Positions 44,896 through 53,462 of a stretch of DNA of 64,000 nucleotides are shown here, in pieces. Below the pieces are notes generated by a model that searched no databases, was not told the origin of the DNA, and was given only the letters and a program-made list of their open reading frames with translations. The position numbers and the translations under genes were made by a program. Source of the stretch: Clostridia bacterium (lineage in GTDB: Bacteria > Bacillota > Clostridia > Oscillospirales > Butyricicoccaceae). Where the stretch lies: the NCBI GenBank assembly GCA_017441945.1, contig JAFSBG010000165.1, positions 1,214 through 65,213 on the forward strand, given 5' to 3'. Numbering within the stretch: the first letter of the stretch is position 1; each line of letters starts with the position of its first letter.

Positions 44896-45284
44896 ATTGG
44901 GCGGAAAATAATTCTCGTTTACTGTCCTATGTATGGGATATTTAATTTGATGTTCAAAGTATTTTACTGTCACAGTATATCACATATTTCTTTGAATGTC
45001 AAACTATTTTTGCCGCAAATATGGGAAAAAATAGTTACTGGGCGATAAATAGGACATGAATATCAATGCAGGAGATTTTATAAATATACATTTTATTCAC
45101 CTTTTTAAACGGAATGTGAACTTATATACTTTTTCGTGTTAGACAGGTATTTTACAGCTTTAGCCCTGCATTTCCGTTGGGATTTTCATTTATCACTATC
45201 GTTATTCCGAATTAACTATATGAATAGTTATTCACATTTTACAGATGGTATGCATAGATTTTTTACATTTTTTCACTTTTTTCA

Positions 45285-45313
45285 TTGACATGAATATCAA
45301 AATATGATATCAT
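45285..45313 (+). promoter_or_regulatory. candidate promoter of the GntR gene
   Basis: TTGACA-17 nt-TATCAT. It overlaps the palindrome TATGATATCATA. The word GACATGAATATCAA also occurs at ~45053. Confidence 0.4.
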
Positions 45314-45369
45314 AATAATATTAAAGGTCATATTGACTACAAAGAACAATAAAGTGGAGGATAATAGTT

Positions 45370-46101
45370 ATGATTAACAAAAATTCATCCGTCCCAATGT
45401 ATGAGCAGATTGTTCAGATACTTAAGAAGGAGATCTTGGAACACAAGTATCCTGAGGGCGGTTCTATCGGCACACATGAAGATTTGGTCAAGAGATTTGG
45501 TGTAAGCCTTATTACCGTTCGTCGCGCTGTTTTGATCTTGCAGAAAGAAGGTCTTGTCGTGATCCGTCAGGGCAAGGGTACCTTTGTCAAAACTAAGGCA
45601 GTAAGTGATGACCTTTCCACCCTCACAGTAGTTAACAATATTCTCAAGCATAAGGACCCTGCACCAAAGGTCGTTGTCAAGAGCATCGGTCTCATCAAGA
45701 CACCTCCTTATTTTGATGCTTCTCTCAAGAAGGAACTTGGCGACGAATGTGTACGCATCGTTCGCGCTCACATGCTGGATGGCGTTGTCTACGGCTACGC
45801 TAAGATGTATCTCCCTGAAGAATACGGCAGCCTTATCACACAGTCCGACGTTGAAAATCATTCCATTTATGAGATCTACCAGAACAAGTTCGGCGTAAAG
45901 CTGGGCAAGGGCATCCAGAAGATCTCTGCTGACAAGGCTACAAAGACTCTTGCTGACGCTATGGATATCGCTCCTAACACACCTGTTATGTGCATTGAAC
46001 GTAAGTCCTACAGCGCTGACAAGGAACTCATCGAATACATGGAACTTTACTATGAACATTCACAGTATTACTTCCAGGTCGAAATGGACCTCACTGTTTA
46101 A
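45370..46101 (+). CDS. GntR family transcriptional regulator (HutC/UTRA subfamily)
   Basis: 243 aa with the wHTH SIGTHEDLVKRFGVSLITVRRAVLILQKEGLVVIRQGKGTFV and a UTRA-like C-domain. Confidence 0.9.
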   Translation: MINKNSSVPMYEQIVQILKKEILEHKYPEGGSIGTHEDLVKRFGVSLITVRRAVLILQKEGLVVIRQGKGTFVKTKAVSDDLSTLTVVNNILKHKDPAPKVVVKSIGLIKTPPYFDASLKKELGDECVRIVRAHMLDGVVYGYAKMYLPEEYGSLITQSDVENHSIYEIYQNKFGVKLGKGIQKISADKATKTLADAMDIAPNTPVMCIERKSYSADKELIEYMELYYEHSQYYFQVEMDLTV

Positions 46102-46112
46102 TCTATACAATC

Positions 46113-46140
46113 AAAGCCGCTTGTAATAAGCGGCTTTTTT
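46113..46140 (+). terminator. rho-independent terminator of GntR gene (first of two identical copies)
   Basis: AAAGCCGCTT-GTAATA-AGCGGCTTTTTT. The same 28 nt recur at 46377-46407. Confidence 0.8.
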
Positions 46141-46560
46141 GTGTGTCGAAAAAGTATTTTCGACACTTCAAACGAGGCAGGCCTCGTTTGAGTTTGCATC
46201 GGTCTGCGCGCACGCCTTGCGTACACTTGCCCGATAGAGGTGCAAAAATCCATGCGCATGTCCCGGATTTTTGCGGATTAAATAGGTTTTGCGCCTGCGG
46301 GCGCTGAAAACATATATTTACAGACATTCGTATAACTTTATATCCCAATATTCAGTTTTACGTTTTTCAACAGTCTAAAAGCCGCTTGTAATAAGCGGCT
46401 TTTTTTGGTGATTGGGGTGCAACAAGACGGAAGGCAAGGGATATGTGTAGGGGCGGTGCTTCCACGCCCGCCCGCAGGAGTAATGAATAATTAAGGTGTG
46501 ACAAGTCACATTTGATAGGGCGGACCGCCGGGGACGTCGGTCCCTACAAATGGATTGTGT
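46141..46560. repeat. intergenic hairpin mosaic Q
   Basis: Hairpins GTGTCGAAAAAGTATTTTCGACAC, CAAACGAGGCAGGCCTCGTTTG, TTTGCA..TGCAAA and AAATCC..GGATTT. Also GCGCCTGCGGGCGC, AT-rich TATAACTTT/TTTTCAAC words, a duplicated terminator at 46377-46407, REP 46447-46475, GTGTGACAAGTCACATTTGATAGG, and REP 46520-46547. Confidence 0.85.
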
Positions 46561-46601
46561 GTAAGTGTGATTGTCATTCCCGATTAAATACCTTTTTCCG
46601 G

Positions 46602-46630
46602 TTGCAATGGCAGAGTATTTGTGCTATAAT
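46602..46630 (+). promoter_or_regulatory. sigma-70-type promoter of the riboswitch-controlled gene
   Basis: TTGCAA (46602-46607), 17 nt, then TATAAT (46625-46630). Confidence 0.6.
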
Positions 46631-46639
46631 ATAGTCACA

Positions 46640-46885
46640 AAAGAATGAACGCAGGTCATTATGATTTATCGTAATTGTCGGTATTTTATCGGCAGATGAG
46701 GGAATGCGGTGCAAGTCCGCAGCAACAGCCATTACCGTGATTCTGAAATTTTCAGTTAAGTCGGGATGCTCATCGGTCTGTGACACATAAAAGTCTCTTG
46801 GGCGGCGGTATTTATACCGCATGAGGGGATGTGTGTTCATAGCGAATGCAGTACCCTCAATGAAGGGTACTTTTATTTTTGGTTT
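46640..46885 (+). promoter_or_regulatory. cobalamin (B12) riboswitch with terminator expression platform
   Basis: The core GAGGGAATGCGGTGCAAGTCCGCAGCAACAGCC...ACCGTGA and the B12-box-like AAGTCGGGATGCTCATCGG lie at 46697-46780. The terminator AGTACCCTC-AATGA-AGGGTACT plus T-run lies at 46849-46882. The downstream gene is a typical B12-regulon member. Confidence 0.7.
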
Positions 46886-46953
46886 TTTGACCGGACAGCG
46901 GCCTTTTTGTTTCACTGCTGTCTGGGAAAATAAAAAACGAAAGGAAAATCACT

Positions 46954-47382
46954 ATGAAACAGGCAAAAACACTTCTCTCAATAATTCTTATCCTCGCTAT
47001 GGCATTTATGCTTTGCGGCTGTGCCAACGAGGAAAAGTCCGACCTCTGGGCTGACGCTCTCCACACAAAGGATGCCGAATTCGGCGAAGGGGCAAAGACT
47101 TTCGTCATCGAAGTCAAGGCTGAGGAAAAATCTGTCAAGTTCACACTCCACACCGATGCAGAAACTGTGGGCGATGCCCTTATCGAAAATAAGCTTCTTG
47201 AAGGCGAGCCGGGCAGCATGGGTATCTACATCACTTCCATCAACGGAATCGTGGCTGATTACGATGAAAATATGAGCTACTGGGCATTCTATATCGACGG
47301 TGAGTACGCAAACACAGGTGTTGACAGCACACCGATCGACGAAAATGCCGCCTATAAAATGGAATACACAATTATGGAATAG
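46954..47382 (+). CDS. DUF4430 (transcobalamin-like) lipoprotein, probable surface cobalamin-binding protein
   Basis: 142 aa with the lipobox LILAMAFMLCGC. The C-terminal block ADYDENMSYWAFYIDGEYANTGVD is typical of DUF4430. Confidence 0.75.
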   Translation: MKQAKTLLSIILILAMAFMLCGCANEEKSDLWADALHTKDAEFGEGAKTFVIEVKAEEKSVKFTLHTDAETVGDALIENKLLEGEPGSMGIYITSINGIVADYDENMSYWAFYIDGEYANTGVDSTPIDENAAYKMEYTIME

Positions 47383-47396
47383 GCGTATAAAGATAA

Positions 47397-47425
47397 AAGA
47401 CCATCCGAAAGGGTGGTCTTTTGTT
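47397..47425 (+). terminator. rho-independent terminator
   Basis: AGACCATCC-GAAA-GGGTGGTCT followed by TTTGTTG. Confidence 0.7.
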
Positions 47426-47429
47426 GTGT

Positions 47430-47560
47430 AATAAATAAGAGTGAAAAGTGAAAAAGTGCGGTGTGATAAATCACATTTGATAGGTTTACAACCTCTCCAC
47501 CATTCTGTGAATGGTCCCCCTCCCCTTGCACAGGGGAGGCAAGAATAAGACTGTACTGTT
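47430..47560. repeat. intergenic hairpin mosaic R
   Basis: Reversed GTAATAAATAAGAGTGAAAAGTGAAAAAG words, GTGTGATAAATCACATTTGATAGG, and CTCTCCACCATTCTGTGAATGGTCCCCCTCCCCTTGCACAGGGGAGGCAAGA. Confidence 0.85.
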
Positions 47561-47591
47561 TGGGGTATGAACTACTGGAAAAGGCTTAATA

Positions 47592-48482
47592 CTATTCCTC
47601 CTGCAGGGATACGAAGCGTTTGCCGTCTGGGGCATATACCGAAAGCATACGGGATACTTCCACGAAGGAATTCGGCGAATGCTCAGCAAGATATCTTCTT
47701 ATGATTGCCGACTGGGTAGGCGAGCAGATGCAGGAAAGCTTGATGCGCTTTTCGTTGGTGTATGCACCTGTGACCGAATAAATCGTCACGCCGCGGCCAA
47801 GCTCTTTCATAATATATTCGCTGATTTTTTCATGGTCATCGGTGATGATTTCCACCTTATAAAGCTTGTAGCCCATGCTGTACATAATATAATCCATGAT
47901 GCTGTTGCTGACAAAATGGTTTATAAAGGCATAGATTGCAACGCTTCTCTCGAAAGTAATTGCCGAGCCGAGGAGAATGAGGGCATCGACACCCATCATA
48001 ACCTTGACCATATTCATATTTTTGAAGATTTTCTTCTGCAGAATAGCGGAAATTGTGTCTGTGCCGCCGAATGTGAAGCCGCAGCGAAGCACAAGACCGA
48101 TGCCTATGCCATAGAAAACGCAGAAGCATACTGCGGCGAGAAAATCATCGCCCTGTATAAGTACAAAGTTGCTGTTTTCGAAGAAAAGCAGAATATTAGG
48201 GTATAAAAGTGTGACAAAAACCGTCTTTACAACAGCCTGCTTGCCCAGAATGAAGAAGGCGAGGACGAGAATACCGACGCTCATTCCATAATAGAGATAG
48301 GAATAACTGAGCCCCGTAAGCTGCTCGATGATTTTTGAAACACCAAGCAGACCGCTTGTCGTCATGCCGTTTGGCGTGAGAATGCAGGCTACCGAAAAGG
48401 CTGTGCAGATACAGCCTGCAAGAAGCATTACGATATCCAAGAAAAGTCGTTTTGTTTTAGGGTTTTTAAAAAGCTGTGCCAT
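47592..48482 (-). CDS. YitT family membrane protein (DUF2179 C-domain)
   Basis: 296 aa with 5 TM, then the C-terminal domain GVTIYSVTGAYTNEKRIKLSCICSPTQ. Confidence 0.85.
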   Translation of the reverse strand: MAQLFKNPKTKRLFLDIVMLLAGCICTAFSVACILTPNGMTTSGLLGVSKIIEQLTGLSYSYLYYGMSVGILVLAFFILGKQAVVKTVFVTLLYPNILLFFENSNFVLIQGDDFLAAVCFCVFYGIGIGLVLRCGFTFGGTDTISAILQKKIFKNMNMVKVMMGVDALILLGSAITFERSVAIYAFINHFVSNSIMDYIMYSMGYKLYKVEIITDDHEKISEYIMKELGRGVTIYSVTGAYTNEKRIKLSCICSPTQSAIIRRYLAEHSPNSFVEVSRMLSVYAPDGKRFVSLQEE

Positions 48483-48733
48483 CGGCTCCTCCTTGATTAT
48501 ATGAACTCTTTAAGGGACAGTAATTTTGTCCCCTGCGAGCGATATTATAGCACAAGTTTTCCCCTTTTGCAATATGTATTTTAAATAAATTATTGTTAGT
48601 TATAAATCAAACAAGTATATGATTTTCAGATGATATGCATAGCTGTTATTGTATTTATCTATAAAGCTTGATTTGACAAAACTAATCAATTATAATTATA
48701 ATATCAAAAAATGCGAAAAAGGAGATAATTATT

Positions 48734-49384
48734 ATGTATATGTGTTCCAAGTGCGGCCAGGTAGGCTGCTCCAAGCGTGACCTTGAAAAGACACTTCCTG
48801 ACTGCCCATCCAAGAATGAAGAGCTGGTTGCGAAGGCTAAGGCTGTTTACGAAAATGACGAAGAAGTACGCATGATTGCCAATGCTGCTGCATGCACAGA
48901 GCACGGCGGTTACTGCGTTGACACACGCCTTGTTGAAATTATGAAGTTTGCAAAGCACTGCGGCTACAAGAAGCTGGGTCTTGCTTTCTGCGGCGGCTTT
49001 ATGAACGAAGCACGCACAGTTGTTGACATTCTTGAATACAATGGTTTTGAAGTTGCTTCCGTTATGTGCAAGAATGGCGCTATGCCAAAGGCAACTATCG
49101 GTGTTACTGATGAGCACACAATGAGAGGCGATGCTTCCACAGAAGTTATGTGCAATCCTGTCGGTCAGGCTATGGCTCTCAACGAACAGGATGTTGATTT
49201 CTGCATCGTTATGGGGCTTTGCGTCGGTCACGACACATTGTTCCTCAAGCACATCGAAAAGCCTGCTACAATTCTTGCTGTTAAGGACAGAGTTACAGCT
49301 CACAACCCAATGGCTGCTATTTACTGCGCCAAGAGCTACTACAAGAAGAAGTTCTATCCGGAAGGCGGCATCCAGATCGACTAA
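48734..49384 (+). CDS. DUF1847-like Cys-rich metal-binding protein
   Basis: 216 aa with the N-terminal Cys cluster CSKCGQVGC...DCP, then GLAFCGG, CKNG and GLCVGHD blocks. The family name is from memory. Confidence 0.55.
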   Translation: MYMCSKCGQVGCSKRDLEKTLPDCPSKNEELVAKAKAVYENDEEVRMIANAAACTEHGGYCVDTRLVEIMKFAKHCGYKKLGLAFCGGFMNEARTVVDILEYNGFEVASVMCKNGAMPKATIGVTDEHTMRGDASTEVMCNPVGQAMALNEQDVDFCIVMGLCVGHDTLFLKHIEKPATILAVKDRVTAHNPMAAIYCAKSYYKKKFYPEGGIQID

Positions 49385-49394
49385 TGATACTCCA

Positions 49395-49426
49395 AAATCC
49401 TCGTCAGATGGCGGGGATTTTTTGTT
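49395..49426 (+). terminator. rho-independent terminator
   Basis: AATCCTCG-TCAGATGG-CGGGGATT followed by TTTTGTTG. Confidence 0.6.
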
Positions 49427-50110
49427 GCGGGGGATGTGGAGGACGATTAAATAGACGGGCCGCGCCCTACACCTCTCCGTCACACTATCGTGTGCCACCT
49501 CCCCTTAACAAGGGGAGGCTTTTTTGTTGTGTCTCCGACGGATTAAATAAGGCAGGCGGGGATGGAACCACCGCCCCTACAGAAAATCTCTCGCCTCCCT
49601 CTGACGAGGGGGGTGTCACGAAGTGACGGGGGGAGAGACCTCCATTTAATCCGCCCATGACGCCGATTACATACATTTTCAATGATGCCATACGCTATGC
49701 GATTACATACACCTGCGGTGACTACATACCGCTGCGCGGATATAAGGTATGACTTCGTCACGATTGAATAACTTCTCTCCCTCAGTCTCGCATATGCTCG
49801 ACAGCTCCGCCGGGGTCCCCGCAAAGCCTGCTTTGTGGGGTGGCTCTAAGAGGGAGCCATGGGATTGTGCTATCATTAGCCTCCCCTGTACAAGGGGAGG
49901 CTTTTTTGTTGTGTCTCCGACGGATTAAATAAGGCGGTACGTCGTTGAATCCCTCCACCATCGTTCCGATGGTCCCCCTCCCGATAAACGGGGTCCCCGC
50001 AAAGCCTGCTTTGTGGGGTAAATTCACAAGGGAGGCAGCCGTACCCTACATTGATTGTGCTATTGGGTTGGAAAGATTCTTCATATTCGTTCAGAATGAC
50101 AGGGTTGGGG
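49427..50110. repeat. intergenic hairpin mosaic S (largest, ~0.7 kb)
   Basis: ATTAAATAGACGGGCCGCGCCCTAC, CTCTCCGTCACACTATCGTGTGCCACCTCCCC, CCTCCCCTTAACAAGGGGAGG + T-run (49498-49526), GTCTCCGACGGATTAAATAAGG x2 (49530, 49911), and REP 49555-49580. Also reversed CCTCCCTCTGACGAGGGGGG/GTCACGAAGTGAC, a reversed GTATGTAATC array at ~49655-49760, GGGGTCCCCGCAAAGCCTGCTTTGTGGGG x2, and GAAAGATTCTTC..CAGAATGACAG. Confidence 0.85.
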
Positions 50111-50226
50111 TTTATGCAAATGGGGCTTCTTTTGCCATTTTAATACAATTTTAAGATTTTGACCATTGATTTTTTGTGCCATATAAACTATAATATTTTT
50201 TACACCCTACAGAAAGGAGTTTTGGC

Positions 50227-51000
50227 ATGAACGAGAAAAAAACTTCTGTGATTTATCGCATTCTCAAATGGATTTTATGGCTTTTCTATCCGAAACTGAA
50301 GGTTGTGGGCGCAGAAAACATTCCTGACGAAGGCACTGTCATCGTCGGCAACCACACCCAGATGAACGGACCTATTGCCGCAGAATTATACTGCCCCGGC
50401 AGACATTACACATGGTGCGCAGGTCAGATGATGCACCTTAAAGATGTCCCCGAATATGCCTTTCAGGATTTCTGGTCGCAAAAACCAAAGTGGACACATC
50501 CATTCTATAAAGTTTTGTCCTATATAATTGCGCCTTTGTCTGTCTTTGTATTCAATAATGCCAACACCATTGGCGTATACCACGATGCGCGCATATTATC
50601 CACTTTCAAGGAAACCATCAGGCTTCTCAAAGAGGGAAATCATGTTGTTATTTTCCCCGAGCACGATGTGAAATACAACCACATTCTCTACGATTTTCAT
50701 GATCGCTTTATCGATGTGGCAAAGTTCCACTACAAGAAAACCGGCGTTGCCCTTTCCTTTGTTCCGCTGTATATTGCGCCTAATCTGAAGGCAATGTATT
50801 TCGGCAAGCCTGTCCGTTTCAATCCCGATGCGCCTATTGATGAGGAACGCAGACGCATCTGCCAGTATCTTATGGACGAAATCACAGACATTGCCTGCAA
50901 TTTGCCTGAGCACACCGTTGTGCCATACCGCAACATTCCGAAAAAACTCTACCCCAGCAATAAAATAAAGGAGGGCTCACATGAAAACTCCAAAAGTTGA
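50227..51000 (+). CDS. lysophospholipid (PlsC-like) acyltransferase family protein
   Basis: 257 aa with an N-terminal TM, VGNHTQMNGP in place of the HX4D block (no Asp at +5), and VIFPEHDV in place of the FPEGT block. Confidence 0.6.
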   Translation: MNEKKTSVIYRILKWILWLFYPKLKVVGAENIPDEGTVIVGNHTQMNGPIAAELYCPGRHYTWCAGQMMHLKDVPEYAFQDFWSQKPKWTHPFYKVLSYIIAPLSVFVFNNANTIGVYHDARILSTFKETIRLLKEGNHVVIFPEHDVKYNHILYDFHDRFIDVAKFHYKKTGVALSFVPLYIAPNLKAMYFGKPVRFNPDAPIDEERRRICQYLMDEITDIACNLPEHTVVPYRNIPKKLYPSNKIKEGSHENSKS

Positions 51001-51649
51001 TTACCGCAAGCTGACACTTTCCAACATCACATCTCCCCAATACAGGCATCTTCTGCTTCTTGGCGGCTGGATAGTCTATTTTGCCATGTATTTCCTGACG
51101 GAAAACCTCATTCCAATCGAAAAATGCCATCTTATCCACATAAGGCTTGACGATATTGTGCCTTTCTGCGAATGGTTTGTCATACCTTATGTGAGCTGGT
51201 ATCTGCTTATTATCGGCTCTCTGCTGTATTTTCTGCTCTACAATGTCAAAGGGTTTAAAAATTTGCAGACCTATATCATAATCACCCAGGTCATCGCCAT
51301 GATTGTGTATATCGTGTACCCCAATTATCAGGACCTGCGCCCCGATGTTTTTCCCCGCGAGAATATTGCCACATGGATTCTCGGGCTTATCTATGCCTTT
51401 GACACCTGCACAGGGGTTTTCCCTTCCCTGCACGTGGGCTATTCTCTCGGCATTGCCTCTACATGGCTCCGCGAAAAAAGCGTGCCTTTATGGGTGCGGC
51501 TGGCTATCGCCCTCTGGTGCGGTGTGATTTGTATTTCGGTTGCTTTCGTCAAGCAGCATTCGGTGGCAGATATTTTCGGGGCAATTCCGATGTGTCTTTT
51601 TGCCGAATGGTTTGTATTTTTCCGTAAGAAAAAGGAGGAAAAAATATGA
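50981..51649 (+). CDS. PAP2-superfamily membrane protein (sphingomyelin-synthase/PAP2_C-like)
   Basis: 222 aa with about 6 TM and motifs FPSLHVGYS (C2-like) and KQHSVADIF (HxxxD, C3). Overlaps the previous gene by 20 nt. Confidence 0.65.
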   Translation: MKTPKVDYRKLTLSNITSPQYRHLLLLGGWIVYFAMYFLTENLIPIEKCHLIHIRLDDIVPFCEWFVIPYVSWYLLIIGSLLYFLLYNVKGFKNLQTYIIITQVIAMIVYIVYPNYQDLRPDVFPRENIATWILGLIYAFDTCTGVFPSLHVGYSLGIASTWLREKSVPLWVRLAIALWCGVICISVAFVKQHSVADIFGAIPMCLFAEWFVFFRKKKEEKI

Positions 51650-52965
51650 AACGGGAACATCTCTATGTAAATAAAAACCACCCTTGCCTGTGGCTTATGC
51701 TTCTGTGCATGACGGCATCGGCGGTGTCATCTGTAATTTACCATGCAGGCTTCGGCATTTTATGGGGCACCATACTCCCCTGCGTATCTGCAATTTTGTT
51801 TGGGCTGACGGCGCTTGCGGCCGGAAGCGAAATGCTTTACCGCACTTCCCTTGCCGTATGGCTGTGGGGGCTTGGCTTTGCAGTAAGGTCTGGCTCGGTC
51901 ATAATCTGGGCAGGCTGTATACTGTTCTGCATTTTATACACCCTCATAATCGACGGCAAAATCAAAAAAATATGGCTGTCTGCCCTGTGCATTTTTGGGC
52001 TTGCTGTCTGTATTTATATGAAAAGCGTGGCAGACTGCCTTTTCCTCGGCGGAATTATCCTGCTTTTCTTTGGCATAAAGGTACATAACGACGGCAAGTG
52101 GCATCCTTTCAGGGGTGACCGCATTGACGGGCGCAGAGTGCGTACCGCACAGGTTATGGAGCAGATAACGGCTTATTTTATGCCCGACCGCACGGGGGCG
52201 AGCAATCTTTTTTCCGAAGCCGTTGAAATCACCGAGCTTGAGCGCTATATCCGCAGAAAACGCAAGGAGGGGCTGAGCGGATTTGGCATAACCCATGTTG
52301 TGCCTGCGGTTTATGCCCGTACTGTTGCAAAATATCCTGCCATCAACCGCTTTATTGCGGGGCAGAAGATTTATTCTCACGGCGACGACATCGTCACCTG
52401 CATGACTATCAAAAAGGAGCTGACGGCAGAGTCGCCCGACTCTCTTATCAAGGTGCATCTCAGCCCTCGCGACACGGCGGAAGATGTATACCGCAAGTTC
52501 AACCAGAAGGTTGAGGAGGCAAAAAATGAAATGGAAACTACGGCTGATGCCGCCGTTTCCGGCTTTATGATGATTCCGGGGCTGATTCTGAAGTTTGCCA
52601 TCTGGCTTCTGAAATGTATGGATTATTTCGGTCTGGTGCCTGCATTTTTACTGGAAATAAGTCCATTCCACGGCAGTATTTATTTTACAAATCTCGGCTC
52701 GCTGGGCATAAAGCCTGTTTTCCACCATCTTTACGATTTCGGCACTGTGCCTAATTTCTGCGCCTTTGGCAGAAAGCGCAGGGAGGAAGAGCTGAAGAAT
52801 GGCGAAATCGTCGAGCGAAAGTATCTTGACATCACTTTCAATCTTGACGAGCGCATCTGCGACGGCTTTTACTATGCCAGCGCTATCAAGTATTTTGTAC
52901 GACTTTTCAAAAATCCTGAGCTTCTCGATGAACCGCCTGAGGTTATCGGACAGGATATTCCGTAG
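51646..52965 (+). CDS. membrane-anchored 2-oxoacid dehydrogenase E2/CAT-fold acyltransferase-like protein
   Basis: 439 aa with about 5 N-terminal TM. The C-domain ends in FNLDERICDGFYYASAIKYF, aligned by eye to the DHRxxDG / HHAVCDG active-site block. The start overlaps the previous stop (ATGA). Confidence 0.6.
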   Translation: MKREHLYVNKNHPCLWLMLLCMTASAVSSVIYHAGFGILWGTILPCVSAILFGLTALAAGSEMLYRTSLAVWLWGLGFAVRSGSVIIWAGCILFCILYTLIIDGKIKKIWLSALCIFGLAVCIYMKSVADCLFLGGIILLFFGIKVHNDGKWHPFRGDRIDGRRVRTAQVMEQITAYFMPDRTGASNLFSEAVEITELERYIRRKRKEGLSGFGITHVVPAVYARTVAKYPAINRFIAGQKIYSHGDDIVTCMTIKKELTAESPDSLIKVHLSPRDTAEDVYRKFNQKVEEAKNEMETTADAAVSGFMMIPGLILKFAIWLLKCMDYFGLVPAFLLEISPFHGSIYFTNLGSLGIKPVFHHLYDFGTVPNFCAFGRKRREEELKNGEIVERKYLDITFNLDERICDGFYYASAIKYFVRLFKNPELLDEPPEVIGQDIP

Positions 52966-52980
52966 TTTTATGATATTTTT

Positions 52981-53400
52981 AAAGCCTTCCCTGCATAAGG
53001 GGAGGCTTTTTTGTTGTGCGGGGTGTGGAGGACGATTACATACATTTTCAATGATGCCATACGCTTCACAATTACATACACCTGCGGTGATTACATACCG
53101 CTGTGCGGATATAAGGTGTTGCTATGCAACTGATTTATTAAGCGGGCGGGCATGGAAACCCGCCCCTACGGATTGACTACGAAAGAACGGTTGTAGGGGC
53201 GGTGGTTCCATCCCCGTCCGCAGGAGATGTAATAAGTAAAAGTGAATAGTGAAGAAGTGCGGTGTGATACCCCAAGGGCACTTACGCAAGTCACATTTGG
53301 TAGGTTTCTCTCCCTCCGTCACTTCGTGACACCTCCCCGATAATGGGGTCCCCGCAAAGCCTGCTTTGTGGGGTGAATTCACAGGGGAGGCAAGAGTATG
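52981..53400. repeat. intergenic hairpin mosaic T
   Basis: AGCCTTCCCTGCATAAGGGGAGGCT + T-run, a reversed GTATGTAATC array at ~53033-53135, and REP 53142-53169, linker, REP 53193-53221. Also reversed TTCACT words, GTGTGATA..GTCACATTTGGTAGG, CTCCCTCCGTCACTTCGTGACACCTCCCC, and GGGGTCCCCGCAAAGCCTGCTTTGTGGGGTGAATTCACAGGGGAGGCAAGAG. Confidence 0.85.
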
Positions 53401-53403
53401 CAA

Positions 53404-53432
53404 AAAGCCCTCGGAACGAGTCCGAGGGCTTT
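53404..53432 (-). terminator. nifJ terminator
   Basis: AAGCCCTCGGA-ACGA-GTCCGAGGGCTT, with an A-run on the plus strand upstream (a T-run on the minus strand). Confidence 0.75.
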
Positions 53433-53462
53433 CTTTATTTAAGTTTAAGTATTACTTAACTA

